This document shows, piece after piece, positions 50,530-60,349 of a DNA stretch of 64,000 nt (position 1 is its first letter; each line of letters starts with the position of its first letter). Under the pieces are notes generated by a model, which saw nothing but the letters and a program-made list of their open reading frames with translations, ran no database searches and had not been told where the DNA came from. Origin of the DNA: Amphiscolops sp. MND2022 (lineage: Eukaryota); the NCBI GenBank assembly GCA_964187785.1, contig OZ076410.1, positions 76,384,001 through 76,448,000 of the forward strand, written 5' to 3'. Made by a program: the position numbers and the translations under genes.

Positions 50530-51330
50530 AAATTTGGAAAAACGGTCCAACAATGTATGCTTTGATACAGAAGACAAAGGTAGCTGCTGATCAGGGTTGG
50601 TCAAAATGTGTTTTTTTTTTACAAAAAAAACGTTTAAAACGTTTAGAACATGTTTAAAACATCATTTTTTCGTGTTAGGAAAATGGTCCCAAAAAGTCTC
50701 ATTTTATCCCTACAATTTACCATTTTGAGCTGATTTTCCACAGTTTTTGGATGTTTTTGTTGTTGAAATTCAACAAATTTTAGCATCGAAAGAGTTCAGC
50801 ATCTTTCAACAGTTGAAAACAAAAAGTAAGACGCCCGCTGACAAGCGAGGTATTTTCCGCCCCCAACTGCTCTACTACGACATGATTTTGAGGTGCAAAA
50901 ATTCTCCAAACATTGAGCAAACCATTAGAAAAAAACATACAAAAAAACATGCAAAAAAGACAAGTGTTTAAAACATGCCAACTCTGCTGCTGATGAAAAA
51001 AACCTGCCAAAACAACGAAGTTCACTTTTATAAAGTTTCTTCGCCAGGGTTCAAGGGTGCAGCTGCCATTACGTTGCAAATCATTAAAAAAAAAAACATT
51101 GTTGGAAGCGCATTTGGTGGAGAGGGTAATTCCACTCAATACCACCGTCACAGTTTCCGTAATGAGAGCTATGAAATGGCTGATTGCCAATAGTTGTTCC
51201 TTCTCTCCTTTTTTTGCAAGTCTTCCCCCGTGTGTTGTATATCGGAACAGAAGTGCTGTTTAATAAGCCATCGATTCAGCAAATCTTTAAATCAACTGAG
51301 ATTTTTCCAATTTTGCCAACAATTTCATTT
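50530..51330 (-). pseudogene. Decayed paralog of the adjacent four-TM gene, interrupted by the hAT MITE
   Basis: AISHFIALITETVTVVLSGITLSTKCASNNVF..MICNVMAA aligns to AFSHCSALILGIATVAMSGLGLCTNCSSNKAFMICTVFVAA. After MITE removal, FSSAATFVFCIKAYIV aligns to VFSATLVFLIIATIL. Confidence 0.7.
50592..50986. mobile_element. hAT-type MITE, 395 bp, 8-bp TSD CTGCTGAT
   Basis: Imperfect TIR CAGGGTTGG / CCAACTCTG. TSD at 50584-50591 and 50987-50994. An 8-bp TSD with CAG termini fits hAT. Confidence 0.85.
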
Positions 51331-51465
51331 CAGCAAAATATAATCGTTCAGCAACATCGTAGACAAAACCTTAAAAAACTTTTTGAATTTCTGCTGGAGG
51401 AATATATTGTTCAACTCAAATTACCAATCAAAAAAGCAAATTAGTTCCGGCGATGATACTTTTTT

Positions 51466-52012
51466 TCACCTTTTGTTTCCGCAAGAAGCCAGGATAGTAG
51501 CTATAATAAGAAATACAAGGGTAGCTGAGAACACAATGACGGCCATCCAAAGCATTGCTTGATTCACTCTGCCTGCATAAAATCTTGCTACGATGTGAGG
51601 TTCTTGAGAGTCCTCGTCAAATTTGGCAAAATCTGGTCCATAGACTGTGAAATGACGCCACCATACGGTTCTTACAGCTGTAGCGGTAAACATGAAAAAA
51701 GGCGAGCGCTGCTACAAATACAGTGCAAATCATAAACGCTTTGTTGGATGAGCAGTTCGTGCATAAACCGAGTCCGCTCATGGCGACGGTGGCGATTCCT
51801 AGTATCAGGGCACTACAATGGCTGAATGCCTGCAGTGTATCTCTCCTGTCCTCTTCCGTATTTACCCCGAATTCTCTACGGATGTCCTTGTAAATAGTGC
51901 CGGTGCAATATCTACCCTTTATGTATTCGTCGTCAGAGTTGCAAAAATTGAAAAATGCCAGCGTTGCAAACAATAAAGCCAATGATCCCATATTAACAGC
52001 TAGAAGCAACAT
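51466..52012 (-). CDS. Intronless four-transmembrane protein (claudin/PMP22-like topology), about 182 aa, split by one extra T in a T-run at about 51695
   Basis: ORFs 51617-52012 and 51466-51693 join if GCC TTTTTT C ATG loses one T. Four hydrophobic segments; the first loop has two Cys. No canonical W-GLW claudin signature. Confidence 0.65.
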
Positions 52013-52615
52013 GATCTTGTAGAGTTCCTTCTTTTCTAATTCTCAAAGGGTTTGCACTCTTTGCATATGTTATACGGCAGTGTATACAAGGTCGATAGAT
52101 TTAGAGGGTCACCGACGGACCTTTGGGTCCGAGAAACCATCTAGTTGTGGAGACCTTGTGTAATGCCGTGTAAGATGTTTTAGACGGCATATAGACACAA
52201 TGGCTCTTTCCCTTTTCCCCACGCGTTGGAAAAACCAAATTTGCCTGATAAATTCCATAAAAAGTTCAAGATTTCCCAAAACACTACTTTATTTTCATGA
52301 CATTTTTTGTATGTGAGGGGGGAAAAGTCTATCTATCTTTTTGAACTTTCTCAAAAATCCAAATTCAACTTTCCAGTGTGTTTATTTCCAACTTCGAATG
52401 CCAAATCAATTTTTGTTCAAGTTACTGTAATGCAAAACTCTTTCACGCTTTGAATCACGCTTCGAAAAAAGTCAACAAAATTTAATGGGAATTTGAAGTT
52501 TGGTCAGTTGAATCAACGAAAAAACATCGTGACAACCCCTTTTATTTTTGTTTCTGGTGACTTCGGAATTGAAAATTCAGAATTTTTGTCTATATGAACA
52601 AACGACTTTACAAGT

Positions 52616-55600
52616 TGTTACGACTACCTAACGGAGCGTTATTTTGGGTAGTCGTTTTAGTTTTTTATAGGGGTTGGTGTGGGTGCAAAGAATGTGTTTT
52701 TAGGCTTTTCTGACATCGAGCTGTCATTTTTGAGAAGAAACAATATGTTTCAAAGAGATTTGAATTTTTCAAGAAGAAACGGTTTAGCAACGTAACAGTG
52801 TAACAAAGATTACAAACAACTTTCTCTGATTTAATTTACAAAACCAACATATTTATACTTTCCTAGCATCATTTGTTCCTCACCTAAAAATTCCTAGGTA
52901 TCATAAAAATCGGGTTTGTTCACACAAAAACCCAGTTGATTCATATTATTTCAGTCCCGCGTCACAAAATCAGGTATCGAAATTCCTAGTTGCGTCGCCC
53001 TTCCGTAACATTTGTTGAAATCATTTTGGTTCAAACGATACACTTCCTGTTTCAGCGTCAAAATGGCGGCAAAAGGAGAGCCTGCTTGATATTTTCATCG
53101 ACGGAGGCACGCCGGCGTGATCAATTTGTCTATTTCCAAGTTGGGAATTCAAGTGCTCAAGACAAAAGTAAGACTAGCAAAAATGATGACGTAGCTAAGA
53201 CGGAGTAAATAATTTTGAGAGCGGAAACATTTGAAGACTGATAAAAAGGAACTAATGATGCCGGAATAACAGTTTGCAGTTATTGCCATTATTAAAACAC
53301 GAACATAAAACGACGTAAATATATCTAAGCTAAACATACAATCACATAAATACTAAAACAACGGAGACCTTTCGGTCAACAAATTCCACACTTTGAAAAA
53401 TGCTAATCAGAACATCGGTTAATGACATAAACACGTTATTATCTCGATTGACAATTTCGATTCAATAGTATAAATGCAGAACACTCAACGGAAACACTGG
53501 TATGAATTTCATCTGAAAGCAAGCATCTATTCATATGACGTTGTCCTTATGTTGCATTCTATTCACAAAACCTTTGCAATGTGTCAATTCCTGAGGATAT
53601 TTCCTACTAAATTGTGTTCAATTCCCTAATTTTGTAACTAAAATCTTACAGTTGCTCCGTAGTCGTTCCGTACGTATTAAGATTTGGTGTAGCTTTGCAA
53701 TCTTACAATTCGCTCCGTAGTTGCTCCGTACGTATTTAGATTAGACATATCTGTAATTTGCTCCGTAACTGCTCCGTACGTATTAAGATTAGACATCGCA
53801 GTAATTTGCTCCGTAACTGCTCCGTACGTATTAAGATTAGACATAGTTGTAATTTGCTCCGTACGTATTAAGATTAGGCATAGCTGAGCGGTGGTTTACA
53901 GAGGTATTACGCAAGCTCAAAATTCATTCCAATTCTCGTACTAATGACGTCAGAAAAATCATTCCAAATAACAACGTATTGATGACGTCACAAAAATCAT
54001 TCTAATTAGTTCATGAAAGCAAATTTAATTGTAATCGCATTCAAAGCGATAACAGCCGGGAGCGGGCTGTGACAGGACCACTCGGAAAGGAACGAAGGTT
54101 ATATGCGGGTTTTTGTCATTTCACTAGTTTCTTACATCTGCGTGGATTGTCAAATTCCGAATAAAATTCGTAGTCTTTTGGGTTCAGTCTTCCACTAATT
54201 GATGCTTTGCAGGGCGTTCCCATTGTTTGCAAAACCAATTGGTGTGTTTCTACTGTGTTACACGAACGTTCTCCTATCGCATTATTCCTCAGGTTGGTCT
54301 GCAGATTCTCCCTTTCATTAAGCTTTGATTCTTACCTTCATGAAATGGCCAGTTTTACTATGTAAGTCACAACATAGATTTTCTGGCGCGCCGAATGAGA
54401 ATCAATCCCAGTCCCAAGACCTGGATTCCTGTCTCGTCACCCAACGTCAGCTTCCCGTCCATGAAGATGTTCTCTCTGTCGTTGCTCAGTGTTTTACTGA
54501 TTCGGGTAAAATTGCTACATCTCGTTTGAGCGAGATGTTTCCCCCTCTTTTGGGGTAAGACTGACAGAGATATTGTCTTTCATTTCTTTCTCTACCGGTT
54601 CAATGATCTGTGGGTGACTTACGGAACATGTTCGGAGAATTGTGTAACGTAGAAAACACAGTGACAATATTTGCTTGTGTTCATGGGTAGGCATTCCTGC
54701 ATTTATCAGTCGACAATTAGTTTGAAGAAATTTCCACTGTTTCCTGTAATCGATGGAAGACGAAGAAGCTGTTTCCCCCACTGTTGCTAGCACTGGTTCC
54801 ATCAGTGGGAACGAAAATGTATACAATTACTCCGATGATGACGTTTTCGAATCGGAGGTGGAAGTTGCACGTGTTGCCTCAGGTTGGTAAAATCTTTCTG
54901 ACTTCCATGGGTATTTGGACTATTGTTGTGGTGATCAGCCGTACTTGTCTTACCCGTTTACCTGACGCGTCTGAATCCAGATCTTGTTTTTGAGTAACTC
55001 AACCTGGCACTTCCTTCGCTGTTCCCGCTACTATTACGGGTGAATTTTCGTCTGATGCTGTGGGGTTGCCTCAATTCTCTTCCACCGTCTTGATTATCAC
55101 GTCATGCAGTTGTTGACTTGAAGTTCTCAGTCGGGACGAAATTGGTGAAAAAAGCTGAAGGTACCGTGTTCGATTTTTCTGGAAATTATTATAATTACAC
55201 GAGTCCTTTTCGACCACAATAACAAGTTCAATGTTGACACAGTTTTTGGAGGTGAATTTCAGTTACTGACTGCTCATTTTCGATGTCAAAACGTAACAGT
55301 AATCGTTCCCTTCTAAAGTAACCACTTACGTTTTCCGTTCGTAATCTCGTCTCGTTCCGGGTTCAGATTGAATTCGGCTGTTCTCCTTCCTTCTGTTCTG
55401 TTCCAGTTATGCATCTGTTGTTGTAGATTTGGTCGTTCGTGGAATCGTTTTGACTCCTGTCACCATGTTACGACTACCTAACGGAGCGTTGTTTTGGGTA
55501 GTCGTTTTAGTTTTTATAGGGTTGGTGTGGGTGCAAAGAATGTGTTTTTAGGCTTTTCTGACCTCGAGCTGTCATTTTTGAGAAGAAACAATATGTTTCA

Positions 55601-56931
55601 AAGAGATTTGAAATTTCCAAGAAAAATCGGTTTAGCAACGTAACAGTGTAACAAAGATTACAAACAACTTTATCTGATTTAATTTACAAAATCAACATAT
55701 TTATACTTTCCTAGCATCATTTGTTCCTCACCTAAAAATTCCTAAGTATCATAAAAATCGGGTTTGTTCACACAAAAACCCAGTTGATTCATATTATTTC
55801 AGTCCCGCGTCACAAAATCAGGTATCGAAATTCCTAGTTGGGTCGACCTTCCGTAACATTTGTTGAAATCATTTTGGTTCAAACGATACTCTTCCTGTTT
55901 CAGCGTCAAAATGGCGGCAAAAGGAGAGCCTGCTTGATATTTTCATCGACGGAGGCACGCCGGCGTGATCAATTTGTCTATTTCCAAGTTGGGAATTCAA
56001 GTGCTCAAGACAAAAGTAAGACTAGCAAAAATGATGACGTAGCTAAGACGGAGTAAATAATTTTGAGAGCGGAAACATTTGAAGCCTGATGAAAAGGAAC
56101 AAATGATGCCGGAATAACAGTTTGCAGTTATTGCCATCATTATAACACAACATAAAACGACGTAAATATATCTAAGCTAAACATACAATCACATAAATAC
56201 TAAAACAACGGAGACCTTTCGGTCAACAAATTCCACACTTTGAAAAATGCTAATCAGAACATCGGTTAATGACATAAACACGTTATTACCTCGATTGACA
56301 ATTTCGATTCAATAGTATAAATGCAGAACACTCAAAGGAAACACTGGTATGAATTTCATCTGAAAGCAAGCATCTATTCTAATGACTTTGTCCTTATGTT
56401 GCATTCTATTCACAAAACCTTTGCAATTTGTCAATTCCTGAGGATATTTCCTACTAAATTGTGTTCAAATCCCTAATTTTGTAACTAAAATCTTACAGTT
56501 GCTCCGTAGTCGTTCCGTACGTATTAAGATTTGGTATAGCTTTGCAATGTTACAATTCGCTCCGTAGTTGCTCCGTACGTATTAAGATTAGACCTATCTG
56601 TAATTTGCTCCGTAACTGTTCCGTACGTATTAAGATTAGTTATAGCAGTAATTTGCTCCGTAACTGCTCCGTACGTATTAAGATTAGACATAGTTGTAAT
56701 TTGCTCCGTAACTGCTCCGTACGTATTAAGATTAGGCATAGCTGAGCGGTGGTTTACGGAGGTATTACGCAAGTTCAAATTCATTCCAATTCTCGTACTA
56801 ATGACGTCAGAAAAATCATTCCAAATAACAACGTATTGATGACGTCACAAAAATCATTCTAATTAGTTCATGAAAGCAAATTTAATTGTAATCGCATTCA
56901 AAGCGATAACAGCCGGGAGCGGGCTGTGACA
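52616..56931 (-). mobile_element. Complete, internally deleted (non-autonomous) LTR retrotransposon, 4316 bp, 5-bp TSD CAAGT
   Basis: LTRs 55466-56931 (5') and 52616-54074 (3'), TGTCACA...CGTAACA on the minus strand, highly similar. PBS-like TGGTGACAGGAGT abuts the 5' LTR. The 1391-bp internal region has a decayed gag-like segment and a pol-tail-like AYNLRS. TSD at 52611-52615 and 56932-56936. Confidence 0.93.
53645..53885. repeat. About 47-bp tandem repeats (5 units) in the LTR U3 region; copy at 56490-56740
   Basis: Core CCGTACGTATTAAGATT recurs at 37-59-bp spacing. One unit is 10 bp shorter in this LTR than in the other. Confidence 0.9.
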
Positions 56932-57141
56932 CAAGTAATAAATTAAATCATCTGTACAACTTCGAAGCAGAGAAAATCTATACTAATAAACTATCTAAAC
57001 TAAATGAATCATGAGATCAATGATATTGAGCCATATGCCGTCACTTGGGCAAGATTTTCTCTGCTTCGAAGTTGTACAGATGATTTAATTAATTACTTGT
57101 AAAGTCGTTTGTTCACATAGAGAAAAATTTCCATTTTCGAT

Positions 57142-57229
57142 AAAAATAGGGGTCTTTTCTGTTAATTCCCCCTATCTATAGGTTATAACCTGTAGATAGG
57201 GGGAATCAACAGAAAAGACCCCTATTTTT
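57142..57229. repeat. 88-bp loopless palindrome (44-bp arms, 2 mismatches)
   Basis: aaaaataggggtcttttctgttaattccccctatctataggtta|taacctgtagatagggggaatcaacagaaaagacccctattttt; centre at 57185/57186. Confidence 0.95.
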
Positions 57230-57671
57230 TCAGTTAATGCCTAGTACTTAAAAGTAATTTGTTTCCACTTTTTTAAAGCTTCTCTCAGGGGCGGTTTTCT
57301 CAACGAGTGGGCGCATTTTCAAATCGTGGGGGCGCACCAGAATGAGAGCACCAGTTGAATATTTGAAAATAGAAAACTGCTAATTTTCCGGCTGTGACAT
57401 CAATTCATTCCATAAATCTCTCCAAAGAGGCTTGCTGCCGTCCCACAGCACCCCCTTAAAACCGCACCTGGCAATTTTGTTTGAATTCACCAGTAGCAAA
57501 AGAAATTTCTATTTTTAACAAAGGAAATTAGTTGAGCGTTCAGTCTCGAGTTTTTCGGAATTGGTTTCGTACTTCCTCCTAATTTTGATGATGTGAAGCA
57601 TCTAAAATGTTCAAATCAAATCGCCAAAAAGGAAATTTTCGTGAAAACCATTCACTTTGAACAACCGGGAG

Positions 57672-58278
57672 GCGGAAATTTCGTCGCCAGAAATTTCGTC
57701 ATAGGTAATTTCGTCGTATCAACAAATCCAGAAATTTCGTCGTCAAAACTTTCGTCGTAGTGATTAGAATAACAGCGTTCACCAAAAGATATCATTTGAA
57801 TTATTCAATTATTTAATTATTAAAATTATTATTTTCATTTAAAAAAATTTAGTCAAAATTAATTGCATTCAATCAACTCATCAAGACGCTTATTGAGCAA
57901 TGGTATATTTTCAGTACTACCGGTGGAACTACTTACCGGGGCTTTACAATACAATACAATTCAAGCTTGTTCCAGGGAGAATTTTTGCTTTTTTGTCAGA
58001 AAAGTATCAAAAAATCCTGGTAATTTTTGCGTGTCGAAACAACTTCGGGTTGGGGGGATAAGAAACAAGGTGTATCTGGGGGGTGGTATAAGACTCAATA
58101 ATAAGACGATTCCTAAAAGATTAAAGAAAATGCGACGTTTTATAGAACGTAATCACCGACGACAAAAATTCTGACAACGAAATTTCTGACAACGAAGTTT
58201 CCGACGACGAAGTTTCCGACGACGAAATTTCTGACGACGAAATTTCCGACGACGAAATTTCCGACGACGAAATTTCTG
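57672..58278. mobile_element. Foldback-like element with inverted terminal arrays of a 15-bp repeat (GAAATTTCGTCGTCR)
   Basis: About 5 imperfect units at 57672-57765 and about 8 inverted units at 58150-58278. Both arrays end internally in tcgtcg(t)..gtgatta. Confidence 0.65.
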
Positions 58279-58320
58279 GTAATCGAACTACCAAATGATA
58301 CTTGACCCGGGTTTCCCAAC

Positions 58321-58475
58321 CAGGCCGATCATAATCTGACCATATTATGGCCCCATACAAATCATAAATGTCCTTAATATGATCTTGCCATGATCGGCCT
58401 GGAATCATATATGGTCCAGAGTATGATCGGCCTGGAATCATATATGGTCTAGAGTATGATCAACCTGGAATCATA
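58321..58475. repeat. 33-bp tandem repeat (2.6 units from 58390) with an inverted 12-bp copy at 58321
   Basis: atgatcggcctggaatcatatatggtccagagt at 58390, 58423 and 58456; caggccgatcat at 58321. Confidence 0.85.
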
Positions 58476-60349
58476 AATTTTTATTCCAAACGCTGGTTGA
58501 CGTGACATGCAACCCAAACAGAAATTTTCAAATATTGAAAACGGCCAGCTTTATAGGCTGAGGGCAATAGAGCTGCATTCGACCTTTTGTATCTGCGAAA
58601 GATACATTGCAGGCAGGAACTCCGTTAAGCTCTAAGCGGAATTAAAGACAAACTATAGTCACTCAATTTGTTCTCAGTCACTCCTTAGTTAATAACTCAT
58701 TCTTTTGTTATAGCAGTACCCACTTTGCAGTGTGATTTTCGATTATTTCGAGAAAAATTACCAATAATTCAGCAAAAGCTGCCAAAAATTGATGATTGCT
58801 ACCTTGTTTTTAATTTGATGATTGTATAGGACATCGGTTGATGAATATCTTGTATTATCTTATTTAGCTCGAGCTCTATTTGTCTTATTTTCGCTTCTCA
58901 GCAGTCGGTTTAGTTGTCCAATTTTAATTGGCGTCCAGTCAATACACAATTTTTGATCTGGTTTCTGAAACGAAAACTTCCAAAACAATCGTAATTGAAC
59001 TAACAATGCTCGTTTTGACTAATTTTTAGCAAGCAGTTAGAGCTATTGAATATGGCCGATGTTTTCATTTATGATAGTAATATAATGACCATGTAAATTT
59101 TACATCACAGGTAGATTACTTCCAAGCTCCAAAAGTGAAATTGGAATTACTTAGAAACTTTTATTTTCAATCTAAGCAAAAATTAGCCGTGGAAGCGGCT
59201 TCGTTAGTCAAATGCAGGAACATGAAAAAGTTATTTTAAATAATTGTTTTCCTATGGAAAAAATAACCCTTTTTTCAAGCTCAAAATTGTCAATTACGAT
59301 AGCGTCTTTTATGGTTTTTCGCGTGAACACAATCGACCGTAAGAGATGATAGCTTTCCAGATGGTTGTTTATGTACACTTACGGACAAAAGTTCTGTCCC
59401 TGGCTGAATGAATCCAGTTGCTTCAGAACGTTTCACAAAGACTGAAAATTGGAAATTTGCCCATACAGTGCCTCCATATCAGAAGAGTTCTGAAAAATGT
59501 TTCCAAATCCCTATGAAAATCGTGAAGTTATAAAAAAATACCGGTTTCAGAAAACCCCTCCGGGGGTTTCGAATCTACCTTACTTGTTTTTGAAAAATCC
59601 CTCGAAAAGAATTGAGTGATAACTGAATTTTCATGGTCTCATGTTTTAAGATAGTGCCTATTCTTCGTTTTTGTGAAGATTCCTGCTAAAAACGAATAAA
59701 TTCTTATAGCATCAATAAATTTCACTTGCAGTTTCCATTCCTGACCCTCGAATTTTTTCCCCAAATTGTTTCCACGCACTTGTTTTCCAGCTAACGTTCA
59801 TTCAGGACAACGTTTGGCGGTAAACTGAATGGTCTCCCAATCAGAAATAAGATTTTTCCACGAATAGTATTTTGCTCAATTGCTTTAGACTGGAATAAAG
59901 TCATCGAAAATTTTCCCAGGGTTGTCGTTTTTCCTATATCCAGCCGATTTTTCGGTATCTTAGCACCTCGACGAAACCCCGGTTGAAAAGAAACATGTTT
60001 TAAAAAAGATCCAGCGTAGTAATATTTTTTGTTGGTTCCGTGGGAGCACCGTACAGGGTCCTTGTCTCTACATGGACCGAAAACATGAAAGGAACTGGGG
60101 ACCAAATTTTAATTGCGAACGATCCAATTTTGAGATCAACTTTTCTTCGAAAGTTATCGACAAAATAGAAGATTGTGCATAAAGCCTTTCCATCGCATCT
60201 TGAGACAAGTCCAAATTTCTTTGAATTGACATGCCTCGAAAAAAAAATTCGTTCGAAAGAAATGGAGCTAGAAAACCAGCATTTTATAGCAATTGCCCAT
60301 TACAAAGTCACCGTACAGCAATGATTTGAAGACTTCGATAAAAGAACTT

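Larger units (their letters stand above)
52581..57129. mobile_element. Foldback MITE (about 230 bp without insert, about 80-bp TIRs) whose left TIR is split by the LTR element
   Basis: Left arm ctatatgaacaaacgactttacaagt + aataaattaaatcatctgtacaacttcgaagcagagaaaatct is the reverse complement of 57052-57120. Confidence 0.85.

Noticed and set aside
53645-56784. 47-bp repeats with variable interiors resembling CRISPR; repetitive ORFs 56524-56784 and 56542-56745
   Set aside because: They lie within both LTRs, the variable parts are mutually similar, and the ORFs are by-products of the repeat.
58121-58441. Ser-rich ORF (SEISS)n
   Set aside because: In-frame reading of the 15-bp tandem repeat; no other coding evidence.
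59550-60105. GC hairpin at 59550-59570 and ORF 59791-60105 as a Helitron end or transposase
   Set aside because: No partner subTIR or catalytic motif found; looks like non-coding interspersed repeat.
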